A stretch of DNA of 64,000 nucleotides from Octopus bimaculoides (lineage: Eukaryota), in NCBI RefSeq assembly GCF_001194135.2, contig NC_068997.1, forward strand, positions 9,067,244 to 9,131,243, written 5' to 3'. The notes under the pieces are model-generated. The model saw only the letters and a list, made by a program, of their open reading frames with translations, made no database searches and was not told the DNA's origin. A program made the translations under genes and the position numbers. Positions 40,501-49,513 of this stretch are shown here, piece after piece. Numbering within the stretch: the first letter of the stretch is position 1; each line of letters begins with the position of its first letter.

Positions 40501-42237
40501 CCAAATCTGTGACTTTTTCCTTCATCATAAGGTTAATCATAGTTATTGTAAAACTCCACCAACATCTTTTTCTTTGGCCTAAAAAATTCTTTTTTAAAAC
40601 TTGAGTCTCTTAAATTTAGTGAATAATTCTTTAAACAATTTTTCATAACTGCAAATTCTAATACAAAATATCATTCCAAAGATTTTTGTTGAACGTCTTA
40701 ATTCCATACTTATTTTTACAAATACAATAGACCTAATATGAACAAAACTATTAGATCATCTGGAAAAGGAAAATGTTTTCAAGTATTTTCGATTCGGATT
40801 TAGATAATAGTACAACTCTTAGGAATTTTCTTAAGGTAGGGCTCGATTAGTACAAATATTGGTCATGCCTTTCCTTTTGCTGTTTTTAAATAACATGTTA
40901 AAATTATAGTCAATTAAAATCCAATTTAATTTCACTGGTTTCAGGCAGTAAAATAATATTTATTGAAATGGAATTGTTGTTTATTAATTCTTATGTTTAT
41001 TTTATTTTGTTTGAAATTTCCTATTGTGATTATTTCATCATGCATAATAATTTTCAAAGTAAATAAACTTATCTTCTCACGTATTTGATTAATTAAAAAA
41101 TTCAGTGAAACACTTGGGTAATGTTTCAATCGTAATATACTTATGAAGGAAAACAAAGGTTATACCAGTAAATGTCGACGAACTGAAAATTAATACAACT
41201 TTGATGGAATCAGAATAAAAGACAGACTGATCGTGGAATAACAAAAAGATAATGCATAAATGAAGTCTATGGGTCGAGAATAATACGCTCGGACCTTTCG
41301 ACAGCTCCTTATATGAGACAATACTGGCTGCTTAATTATTACCATTGTGAGGATTTAGTGTAGATGAATGAAGTCAGATTTTACCGTATCTGACCTTTCA
41401 AGTCATCGCTATATTAACAACGTGGCTGAAAGAAAACACCGTACCAAGTTAGATTTAAAGTAACTAAGGTAGTTCCATGTTTAATGCCACAGCAAAGACT
41501 TCTTTCTCGTCACTGAGACATTCTATCTCATTGACGAATTACCAATCTTATATCTAGTGGTATAATGCACTCTAAGACTAGCGAATTCTAATGCAACTGT
41601 CATCTAAGAGTGCATGTAAATTTTGATACTAATAAGCAATTTTCTTTTTCAAGCACCTAAAGTATTCTGAAATAACATTCACTGTAATATTAAACATAAG
41701 ATTGAAAGAAGTTGAAAGTGTGTCCTTAAAACTAACAAAAACAACAAACAAAAACAAGGTAATTAGCGCGAAATTTAAGTTGGAGGAAAAAATGAAAATT
41801 GAAATTTCAAAGAATTTTTCTAGAAGCAAATCCATAAATAAAGAGAGGAAATAAAGATGATTAGTTCCAGGCTTAAAATAGCTGACCAAAAACTAGGCCC
41901 TGAAATATTTTGGGAAACTCCTTACTGTTATTCGGTCTGAATTTAATGTTTCATATTAACATATCTTACAAGTTTCAAACATGTATAGGCGCAGATAAGT
42001 TGACAACATGTGAAGTAAATAAATGAATACTTACTTTCGTCCAAACCGATCGACAGCTTGGATAAAGAAATACCGCACTGGTAATGTGGCATTTGCTCTT
42101 AAACCAATTCCCCAGACTAACGTCTTGTTTCTGTCTACATTTGTTTTCGAAACGGCATCGACACATAACCAGTATGAATTAAAAATAGCGAGGAAACAAG
42201 ACAGAAAAATCTTGAAATAAAATATTTTCCCGATCAT
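2352..42237 (-). CDS. POGLUT2: Protein O-glucosyltransferase 2/3-like (KDELC; filamin-like plus CAP10/GT90 domain), complete 9-exon gene, 511 aa
   Basis: Exons 42237-42035, 28469-28267, 23669-23455, 22529-22282, 13959-13725, 12378-12169, 9110-9021, 3932-3828 and 2378-2352 join in frame (1536 nt). Motifs [76 protein letters not shown] and terminal HEEL* match KDELC1/2 as I recall them. The invertebrate gene is probably co-orthologous to POGLUT2 and POGLUT3. Confidence 0.95.
2705..2855 (+). mobile_element. Penelope-type terminal-repeat fragment with minimal hammerhead-like motif
   Basis: cac-CTGATTA-A-GGCTG(gagggtatat)CAGCC-GAAA-CGTT-gtg at 2757-2798; related decayed copy at ~25830-25905. Confidence 0.55.
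3828..3932 (-). CDS. POGLUT2: KDELC coding exon 8
   Basis: ctccag| [35 protein letters not shown] |gtatta; the CxCHRKK motif matches the KDELC1 C-terminus. Confidence 0.88.
6560..7170 (-). mobile_element. RTE-type LINE 3' fragment
   Basis: Decayed VEKFKY...[17 protein letters not shown]...IRESL...[12 protein letters not shown]...PRTKWLDNI. Confidence 0.75.
8190..8470 (-). mobile_element. RTE-type LINE 3' fragment
   Basis: Decayed INAFEMW...[16 protein letters not shown]...EGRGK...WMDNIK. Confidence 0.65.
9021..9110 (-). CDS. POGLUT2: KDELC coding exon 7
   Basis: attcag| [30 protein letters not shown] |gtaagt; 30 codons. Confidence 0.9.
9380..10713. mobile_element. Cluster of ~6 copies of the same SINE family separated by (AAT)n/(GAT)n tails
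   Basis: Repeated gttctgagttcaaatt...ctttgcctttcatcc...ggggtcgat units; four on the plus strand, then two on the minus strand. Confidence 0.8.
10714..10965 (+). mobile_element. Mariner 5' fragment (TIR plus transposase N-terminus)
   Basis: TA|ccaggtcatcccataagttctgtc TIR-like start; ATG at 10899 gives [21 protein letters not shown], a typical mariner helix-turn-helix N-terminus; truncated. Confidence 0.8.
11135..12120. mobile_element. Two CORE-like SINE copies in opposite orientation
   Basis: accttgggtaagtgtcttctactatagcc...gagtggatttggtag...gaaactgaaagaagcccg...ccagcatggccgcag...atgactgaaa. The family also occurs at ~1160-1910, 4070-4320, 22860-23410, 24550-24900, 34010-34400, 36660-36880, 46530-47020, 50400-50790, 61830-62230 and 63430-63610. 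Confidence 0.75.
12169..12378 (-). CDS. POGLUT2: KDELC coding exon 6
   Basis: ccttag| [38 protein letters not shown]...WAKEHENE |gtaagt; 70 codons. Confidence 0.95.
13252..13633 (-). mobile_element. Young full-length tRNA-derived SINE
   Basis: Head GGAGGCGCAATGGCCCAGTGG (A box) ... GGTTTCGATTCCC (B box); CpGs retained; flanks acaactgatat (13241-13251) and acacctgatat (13634-13644) form an 11-bp TSD with one mismatch. A decayed copy lies at ~29310-29620. Confidence 0.85.
13725..13959 (-). CDS. POGLUT2: KDELC coding exon 5
   Basis: ctgcag| [34 protein letters not shown]...VSFFDFFK |gtatgc; phase 2 to 0. Confidence 0.95.
14817..14990. repeat. Compound microsatellite (AAT)n(AGT)n(AAT)n
   Basis: Direct reading; source of the poly-N/S and poly-I/T ORFs. 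Confidence 0.95.
16130..16348 (+). mobile_element. Helitron/Helentron-like non-autonomous element
   Basis: cccaaaatttaatcagttc...aaagtttcatctgaatcc...cttgagatag...acagacaaacaaac...gaaaacaatatccctgc...aaggcagaggtaat terminal hairpin pattern. Confidence 0.5.
17372..17684 (+). mobile_element. Young SINE-like element with internal tandem array and RTE-type (GAT)n tail
   Basis: ttcgagcgagatcgttgccagtgcccctggactggc units followed by gagtggttggcgttaggaagggcatccagc...catggaaagc.gacgttaaacgatgatg. Confidence 0.85.
18150..19265 (+). mobile_element. L1/Tx1-like LINE ORF2 3' fragment, pseudogenised
   Basis: [29 protein letters not shown] (decayed zinc knuckle) ...VKEVVWWTR...[10 protein letters not shown]...KRWVNVARM with in-frame stops; AATAAA near 19255. 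Confidence 0.7.
19955..20190 (-). mobile_element. RTE-type LINE 3' fragment
   Basis: Decayed [32 protein letters not shown]. Confidence 0.7.
21871..22103 (+). mobile_element. piggyBac-type MITE (TTAA TSD)
   Basis: ttaa|ccctttaacatt ... atgatagaagg|ttaa. The family also occurs at 53116-53286 (minus, TTAA on both sides), ~2430-2600, ~2935-3140, ~32965-33060 and ~33875-33980. Confidence 0.8.
22282..22529 (-). CDS. POGLUT2: KDELC coding exon 4
   Basis: tttcag| [12 protein letters not shown]...[14 protein letters not shown]...PIFSWCGS...[18 protein letters not shown] |gtaagt; phase 0 to 2. Confidence 0.95.
23455..23669 (-). CDS. POGLUT2: KDELC coding exon 3 (ends at a GC donor)
   Basis: tttcag| [11 protein letters not shown]...[12 protein letters not shown] |GCAAGT; phase 1 to 0. 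Confidence 0.9.
26812..26935 (+). mobile_element. R4/Dong-like (REL-endonuclease) LINE C-terminal fragment
   Basis: [41 protein letters not shown] matches the PVVIGALG...LQK..ILGT pattern. Confidence 0.7.
27363..27740 (-). mobile_element. Same young SINE-like family, inverted copy
   Basis: Reverse complement of the 47436-47757 copy; the ~190-bp tail appears identical. Confidence 0.88.
28267..28469 (-). CDS. POGLUT2: KDELC coding exon 2 (absent from the ORF track)
   Basis: ttctag| (N)[67 protein letters not shown] |gtaagt; phase 2 to 1. Confidence 0.95.
30901..31112 (+). mobile_element. Second TTAA-type MITE family
   Basis: ttaaccattttgttacc ... ggtatcaaaatggtcaa; related copy at ~52386-52608. 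Confidence 0.6.
31179..31466. mobile_element. hAT (Charlie-like) MITE, 288 bp
   Basis: 16-bp TIR caggggttttcaaact / agtttgaaaacccctg; perfect 8-bp TSD gtctaata (31171-31178, 31467-31474). Confidence 0.92.
32960..33970. repeat. Near-perfect ~330-bp inverted duplication flanking an N-gap
   Basis: ~32960-33292 is the reverse complement of ~33637-33970, as shown by the mirrored ORFs 33123..33725(+) and 33204..33806(-). Confidence 0.9.
35441..36017. repeat. Diverged ~165-bp direct-repeat pair
   Basis: ~35441-35600 and ~35860-36017 share gagtgaaaaatac...ataccaaaagaagataact...ctcatcagtt...ttattgctacccatttcatg...gacaagatagga...cagcagcatccagaaa. Confidence 0.85.
36059..36628. other. Assembly gap (largest); other gaps at ~26290-26340, 32792-32801, 33294-33574 and 38292-38300
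   Basis: Runs of N. Confidence 0.99.
37135..37528 (+). mobile_element. Same young SINE-like family
   Basis: Internal gttgccagt arrays plus the conserved tail; a further truncated copy at ~38175-38404 spans a gap. Confidence 0.85.
37864..37974. repeat. Perfect 34-bp tandem repeat, 3.3 copies
   Basis: aaaggtgtggcacattgtaaagacgtaggaacat x3 plus aaaggtgtg. Confidence 0.95.
38509..38764 (-). ncRNA. Candidate structured Pol III-type ncRNA of unknown family in KDELC intron 1
   Basis: GC/CpG-rich island with several hairpins, no internal TTTT on the minus strand, terminal TTTT at 38512-38509, upstream TATTTAAA (38789-38782) and PSE-like GTCACGTGAC (38823-38814). Confidence 0.45.
40600..40820 (+). 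pseudogene. Very old LINE reverse-transcriptase remnant (possible)
   Basis: IPKIFVERL...[21 protein letters not shown] resembles the SKILER...LLDHLE.N......QFGFR RT motif. Confidence 0.3.
42035..42237 (-). CDS. POGLUT2: KDELC coding exon 1 (signal peptide, start of filamin domain)
   Basis: [25 protein letters not shown]...[26 protein letters not shown]; donor AA|GTAAGT, phase 2. Confidence 0.93.
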
Positions 42238-42420
42238 TACTTTGGTTTGTTGTCTCTTATGCTCTACAAGTAGATGTTGTCAGAGAGAGGGGCATCGCCG
42301 AGAATGAACGGTACTTTGTTTTCTTAACTGTCACATAGCTGCTTTATAAGTTAGAGCAAGTGGTTTGTTTATTTTTACTTTTATTTTGTGGTGGGTGTGG
42401 AGAAAAGTATCGACAATTAC
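42238..42420 (-). promoter_or_regulatory. Probable KDELC core promoter and 5' UTR
   Basis: CpG-containing segment directly upstream of the ATG; Inr-like TCATTC at 42307-42302 and TATAAA at 42348-42343 (their spacing is not ideal). Confidence 0.4.
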
Positions 42421-42474
42421 GTAAACTATCCAAGTCGTGATAAACTTTTATTTTCATGTCCAATCAACATTACG

Positions 42475-42812
42475 GTGGTTTAAGCTCCACCTTTACAATA
42501 AAACTACAACAAACCAACACGGTAGTCCCCCACAAAGTCACACGTGTTAGAAATAGCAGCTCAGTCACCCACAAATCACATCCTACCGGTCTTCGAAAAG
42601 AAAGACACATCGATTAATGCTGTCGAAGATAAAAGGAAGACACATTAAATTAATATGGTCCTAGACAAAAGAAACACATTAATTCATATGGTCCAAGATA
42701 TACTGTCTGAAAATCCTGAAAATAAAAGCTGGGATGGATGGTTGGAACGTCGTTAATCACAGGTCTTCCTAAACAGGATTGACCTGGGGTTAAACAACGG
42801 CAGTAACAAAAA
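42475..42812 (+). mobile_element. Older SINE-like repeat between the two promoters
   Basis: Ends in gggatgg...ggaacgtcgttaatcacaggtc...gacctggggttaaacaac. Related copies lie at ~5280-5640, 8680-8790, 28110-28200, 47180-47310, 48700-48905 and 56170-56290. Confidence 0.55.
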
Positions 42813-43599
42813 CAATCCGAAATATAGATCGCAATACGGCACAACTCTACGCTTCATATTTCTATTCATAATGTGCAGTCCGTATTGTGATAAAACAAAT
42901 GAGGATTATAATAGAAGTAATCTGAGGTATTCAGAGTAATTTGTGTTAAGAATGAATTAATTAATGATTAATTAAGTTATTACTATATAATTTTGAAGGA
43001 AACAAAAAGGAAACATTTCTAATTTCACAATGAGAGAGAAAAAAAAACGAGTAGATTTTTATGAAGATATTTTATTGAATATAGGAAATGTCTTTTTTTC
43101 TATTAATGCGTCAAGATCTTTTTTAAAAAGTATGTATAAATTTAGCCCCTTTTTAAAAAGATTTCTGTCAAATAACTGAAATAATCTGTAATAGGCTACA
43201 ACGAAGAGAATAACTGTTTTTCACGTTAAATGTAGTTTTTTTTTTTTTTTTGCCTATATTATTAATTGGTAAATATATAAATGAAACGATGCTTGAAAAC
43301 AATCTGTAATGAAGATGAACAGAAAGGAAGATGTATAATTGGTGAACTGAAATGATAAAAAGTAGCAGAGGAAGGATTTCTGTAAAATGACTGTAATTGA
43401 TGTATAACAAGACTAATTGTTTTCCACAATAAATGGTTGTTGTTTTTTTTTGTTTTTTTTATTTTTACTTATCAATGTCGTTAATTGATAAATATAAATA
43501 AAACGATGCTTGAAAACAATCAGTAATGAATAGAGAGGAAGCACTATAACTAATACAATTAAAAAAAAAAATGGGGAGGGGGGGGGTAAAGCAATGTAA

Positions 43600-43890
43600 A
43601 GCGAAAGAAGCAACGTCAGATGCGGCGGTCGGTGCGACTCGGATGAAACGTTTTAACGAGGTTGAATGATGAAAGGTTGAACGGAGCGAAAGACGAGACA
43701 CGCGCAGAGGGGAGAGTAGTAGACTAGTGGAAGAGCTGACATGCGCAATGTTGGCTTCACTCTCGTGGGTTATCGTTTCCCGACGCCATTATCGCCGATT
43801 CCCTTTTCCTCGAGACGCAAGACGTGATTTGGCTGAAACATTTGACTCTCGTAGCGCCAAACTGTGCAGACGTCCTATTTTAGTGTAAGT
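43600..43890 (+). promoter_or_regulatory. Probable BANP promoter and non-coding first exon
   Basis: CpG-rich island in an otherwise CpG-poor window; NRF1-like ACATGCGCA near 43739, YY1-like CGCCATTAT near 43783, strong donor TAGT|GTAAGT at 43884/43885. Confidence 0.6.
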
Positions 43891-45639
43891 TCTGTTTTGA
43901 ATTGTTACTTGAAGGATTTTGGTCGCCCAGGCACCTTTCTTAGTATCACTTTCCAAAGCCATTTGTCCTCCAAGTGCGGCATGAGGATTCAATAATCTGC
44001 TCGATGCACCAATTTCAATACAATTTTCATATATTGACAAAAACAAAAATGATCCATCAACTTAATCCCTTAACTACTTCGAATTGCAGGGTCAGCTTAG
44101 TTCTGATGCCTCCATATAATATAACATTATTGCAGGCACGCTGAGAATAAGAGCGAATAATAACGTTTAATGATGTCGGTTATGAAATACGAGGAAGCTT
44201 TCCGTTGAAGCTACCACCAACCTGAGTGCCATCTTTCTACGTAGTGCTGCTCCCTCATTTTGTGACCACTTTCTTATTTCTTTACTTCATCACCACCAAA
44301 CCAACACGCATGTTTTCGGTTTTAATTTGTCATCGTCTGCTACACATATCTGTCTCCTTCATCACAGGAATCTCTCACAAGTTATTTCTATAGATTTGTG
44401 TATTTATTAATACATATAAAATATGGTCTCTATTCCGATTTCCTGATAACATCTCACTACCCTCTTGGTTACTTTTCCGGAAATAACTTTACTTGCCATG
44501 GCATGCGTAACTTTTATTTACTTCACATATTTTTTTGAAACAGAATAAACTATATTTTTCAACGTTTCATAATTCTTATTCAATCAACTCCCCACTAAAA
44601 AGAGTGAGAGAGAGAGAGAGCTTTTATCTCCATTGATAAACAGAGTTTATTAATGTTGATCGGGCAATAATCTACTCCCTTGTTTTGTGCTCATTTTAGA
44701 TGTCGAGAGAATGTTTTTTTTTTTTACAAAGGTCATTAAAAATATTACAAAATAACTAAATTCCAAACTAATTAGAACCTGTGACCATAAAATAGATCTT
44801 TCTGAAATAAGAATGGTGTAAAATGCCCGCATAACTGTAAAGAGCCAGTTTCCTTCCGGTTAAGAAGTTTCTCTAAAACAATGGAATGTTGTCTTTGGTT
44901 TATCATCACGTTTGTTTATCCAAAAGTTACATTTCATATTGCATGGGCATATCACAGTTTATTTGGTAAATCAGCTTTTTAAATCCACATTTTATTTTTG
45001 TAGCTTCTTAGTTAAATAGTTAATAACTACCAAAGCAACAACAGCAAAAAAAAAAAACATTGATTTTTCAAGAACATTCTAATTCAATCGGTGTTTCATC
45101 TCTTAGTTTATAGTTTATCTGACCTTACTAGGCGAGTGTTCAATTTATTTGGCAATATAACAAATATTTTATATATTGTACTTTAGCTAGCCTCGCATTT
45201 TCATGCATTTTAGTGCTTTGGTGAGATTGACATAACCAAATAGCTGAGAACCTTATCAGCTGTTGCTCACCATCAAATGATGAGGATGTTATTAAAACTC
45301 TGTGTAAAAATATATCTGAAATGCATATCTTTGGTGAATCATTTTTTTTAAAACCAAATTTTGTAATAAAATTTACTGACAAGATAAATTAGATATCAGG
45401 GATTCTCATTAATTAAGGTCATTCATTACTATAAGGATGGATATGTTAGTCTTTTCTCAGTGAGCAAAAAGATAAGACTAAAAAATGTATAACTTTAATA
45501 GTAGGAACAATGCAGAAACTGAGGGGTCATAGGGAGCAAGAAACATTTAGAAGAATTAAAGATTTCTCAGATACATTTTCTCAAATGAAAGTATATGAAA
45601 AAAGGATCATGTAAGGTCACAATAGATGTAAATGAAGGG

Positions 45640-46220
45640 GAGTCTTTGGATACTTTGGTAGCGATACATATATCTTCGGATCTAAAGTTAGATCATAATA
45701 TGGACATTGGTTATTAAATATAGTGTAGCAAACAAGTTACTAAACATACAGTTGTACCTAGGGGCGGACTGAGAGTATTAAGGGCCTTCAAGCATAACTG
45801 TTTACCAGGCCCCTTTGAATGTGTGTTTTAGTAGAGTTAACATGTAGAGTGCGGGCCCCTCAGAGCTCTCGGCCCTCGGGCAGTGCCCAATTGAGCGCTG
45901 GCTCAGTCCACCCCTGGTTGTACCAGTGTAGTGGTAGTGAACATTGATTATTAAATGTACAGTAGTATTAGTATAGTGGTAGCGAATATTGCTTACTAAA
46001 TATACAGTAAACCAAGGTAGTGCCTGTGGAATTAGTTACCAAATAGATTGTAGTACCAGTGCAGTTGTGGATATTGCTAACTAAGCGTATGGTGGTACAC
46101 ACTATTGGTAGTAGACATTGGTCATTGAATATATTATGGTACTAACATAGTGGTAGTGTATATGGTTACTAAATATATAGTGGTACCAGTGGGTGGACAT
46201 TGGTTATTCAATATACAGCA
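45640..46220. repeat. Old degenerate minisatellite (~45-50-bp unit)
   Basis: Recurring gtagtggtaccagtg...gacattggttactaaatatac variants; interrupted by a hAT MITE and a SINE. Confidence 0.65.
45759..45916. mobile_element. hAT MITE, 158 bp, inserted in a degenerate minisatellite
   Basis: TIR taggggcggactgag / ctcagtccacccctg; perfect 8-bp TSD gttgtacc (45751-45758, 45917-45924). Confidence 0.9.
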
Positions 46221-46421
46221 GCAGCGAGCTGGCAGAAATGTTAGCACTCCGGGGCGAAATGCTTAGCAGTATTTCATCTGTCTTTACGTTCTGAGTTCGA
46301 CTTTGCCTTTCATCCTTTTAGGGGTCGATAAATTAAGTACCAGTTGCATACTGGAGTCGATCTAATCGACTGCCCCCACCAACCCCAAAAAATTTCGGGC
46401 CTTGTGCCTAGAGTAGAAAAG
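46221..46421 (+). mobile_element. SINE (gagctggcagaa...ctttgcctttcatccttt...gtgcctagagtagaaaag family) with TSD
   Basis: 11-bp TSD aatatacagca at 46210-46220 and 46422-46432. More than 15 further copies occur in the window (e.g. ~935-1160, 14210-15200, 15680-15880, 16895-17085, 20480-20640, 24220-24435, 57690-57880). Confidence 0.85.
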
Positions 46422-47435
46422 AATATACAGCAATATCTGTATGATAATGGTGGATATCGGTTACATGAAAAGTAGTTGAAAATGGTGGAAAGTTAAAGAA
46501 TATAAGGAAGAACAGTAAGTAAAACAATTTAGTCTGTGAGTGAATTTGGTAGACAGAAACCTGTATCAAGGTACTTGGTGACCTTGTCAGTGATAGTGCT
46601 ATGTGAAAAGCATTGGTGCTGGTGCTACATAAAAAGTATTCAGTACACTCTGTGAAGTGGTTGGTGTCAGGAAGGGTGTCTGGCTGTAGAAATCATATCA
46701 AAACACACAACGGAGCCTCATGTAGCTCAACCTTGCCAGCTCCTGTCAAACTACAACCCATGCTAGCATGGAAAACAGGCATTAAATGATGATTATGTGT
46801 GTGTCTGTGTGTCTGTGTTTGTCCACTCCTACCACTTGACAACTGGGGTTGGTTTGTTTACATCCCCATAACTTAGTGTTTCAGCAAAAAGCAACTGGTA
46901 AGATAAGTACAAGACATTAAAAAAATAAGCATTAGGGTTGATTTGTTTGATTAAATCCATCAAGGTGGTGCTCCAGCATGACAGCAGTCAAATGACTGAA
47001 ACAAGTCAAAAATAAAAGGGTGTTTTATTCACAACTCAGAAAACAAGCTTTCTACACATCTTCATCATCATCATCATTTAACATCTGCTTTCCATGCTGG
47101 CATGGGTTAGATGGTTTGACTGGAACTGGTAAGCCAGAGAGCTGCACCAAATTCCAGTCTGATTTGGCTCAGTTTCTACAGCTGGCATGATTGTCTTCAT
47201 CAAAGTTCAAACATCTATGACTGTTTAGCTGTAGGTCAGATCTGTAATCACAGGCCCTTCTAGCCATGACTGTCATCTTTTCTTCTGGAACAATGTACTC
47301 CTGACAACATTGTCCAATCTCAAATTTTATTTAACAATAGGCTTGAGGGAGATTTGACTTTTATTTCTAGCAGGCCAAGTAACCAAGTAGAGACTTTTTC
47401 ATTTTTCCCATGATGGTCTTTTTTATAGATTGAAC

Positions 47436-47757
47436 CGCCTGACTGGCCTTCGTAGGATTTTCGAGCGAGATCATTGCCAGTACCCCTGGACTGGCTCTTG
47501 TGCGGGTGGCACATAAAAGACACCATTTCGAGCGTGGCCGTTGCCAGTATCGCCTGACTGGCCTTCGTGCGGGTGACATGTAAAAGCACCTACTACACTC
47601 TCTGAGTGGTTGGCGTTAGGAAGGGCATCCAGCTGTAGAAACTCTGCCAAATTTAGATTGGAGCCTGGTGTTGCCATCCGGTTTCACCAGTCCTCAGTCA
47701 AATCGTCCAACCCATGCTAGCATGGAAAGCGGACGTTAAACGATGATGATGATGATG
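47436..47757 (+). mobile_element. Same young SINE-like family
   Basis: Internal array, tail and (GAT)n. Confidence 0.88.
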
Positions 47758-49105
47758 AACAGATCTACTGTACATCACCACTGTTTGCAACAGAGGCAAT
47801 ATCATATCATTAATATAATTATGAAAGATATCTTCTAATCAGTATAGAACAACTTCTAATCACTCAAATAACCTCTGGGCTTTTCAATCCAATTGTTAAA
47901 TTAACTAGAAAAGAAAACAGAAATATATATATATTTGTTTTTAAATTTGGCATATTTTTAATTAGTTATCTTATATGATTGTCAAGTTTATAATTAGATT
48001 TATATAATTCAGCTAGTTAGGATAAGTCAGGTGGTAGGTACAGCATGATGTTTGAGACTAATACTTTTTCACTGATGATGTGCATGCTTTAGAAGTATTT
48101 CTGTGTGATATTGCAATACCTGCAGCCATGCAATCTAAATTACTGCAAACAGAAAGGACAATCCTCTGTATCATTCATGTTCACCTGTGTGTAACTTGCA
48201 GGTATGCCCTGACACATCTTTATTACCACCGTCTCTTTTTTGCAACAAGGGTAGTCATGTATATCCTCTACAGAAAGCCATCTGTTCTTGGTATAAAGCT
48301 ACGTCTGTCAATACTACCCCCACCTCTATAGTTGAGGGGTCTTGCCTTGCAGGTTACTTGGTGACCTTACTATTGCTGGTGCCATGTAAAATGCACCCAG
48401 TACACTCTAAAGTGGTTGGTATCAGCAAGGACATCCAGTTGTAAAAACGAGGCCAAAGTAGACATTGGGAGCTAAGTGCTGTCCTCTGGCCTGCTGGCTT
48501 CTGTCCAATCCATGCCAGCATAGAAAATGGATGTTAAATGGGAATGATGGTGTGGTTATAGCATTGAGTTTACTTCAGTTATTGTTATTGGTTTTAATTA
48601 GCCTTAGTAAGTTCTTTCCCATATGGCAGTGGTATTCTCTTGAAAATTTATAAAAGATGACATAGAATATTGTGAATTTGATAGTGCAGGCTCCTCTGTT
48701 TCTCATATTTTCAATATATTTTGTATGAACCAGTGAGGGAGTGTCTATGTGGTTGCTCAAACAGCTAGAGATAGAAGCCAAATCTACCCCAATATCACTC
48801 TTACAGTCTTGAAAAGCAGGGACACAATGGATACAAGGGTCCTGACAGGCTGCAGCATCATTGATCATAAGCCTGCTTGATTAGTGCTGACCTGTGGCTA
48901 AACATTATTATTCTACAATCAAATTACCAAGGCTGGTCTCTTGCAATGGATTACAAGGTTGGTAAACACTATTACTCTAAGTAAACCCAGTCTGTTAGAC
49001 ATTATAGAAACTACTGACCACAGGTAAGTTCTTGGGCATGAAGCTGGCAGTGTTGTTAATTTAAACGACGACGATATATATGTGCTGTGCATGAGAAGAC
49101 CCGGC

Positions 49106-49513
49106 AAGCCAAGTGAGATCGTTGCCAGTGCCCCTGGACTGGCTCTTGTGCGGGTGGCACATAAGATGCACCATTTTGAGCTTGACCGTTGCCAGTGCCG
49201 CCTGATTGGCCTTCGTAGGGTTTTCGAGCGAGATCATTGCCAGTGCCCCTGGACTGGCTTTTGTGCGGGTGGCACATAAAAGACACCATTTCGAGCGTGG
49301 CTGTTGCCAGTACCGCCTGACTGGCCTTCGTGCGGGTGACACGTAAAAGCACCCACTACACTCTCTGAGTGGTTGGCGTTAGGAAGGGAATCCAGCTGTA
49401 GAAACTCTGCCAAATTAGATTGGAGCCTGGTGTTGCCATCCGGTTTCACCAGTCCTCAGTCAAATCGTCCAACCCATGCTAGCATGGAAAGCGGACGTTA
49501 AACGATGATGATG
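49106..49513 (+). mobile_element. Same young SINE-like family with two 115-bp higher-order units
   Basis: gagatc at 49115 and 49230 defines a 115-bp unit; conserved tail. Confidence 0.88.
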
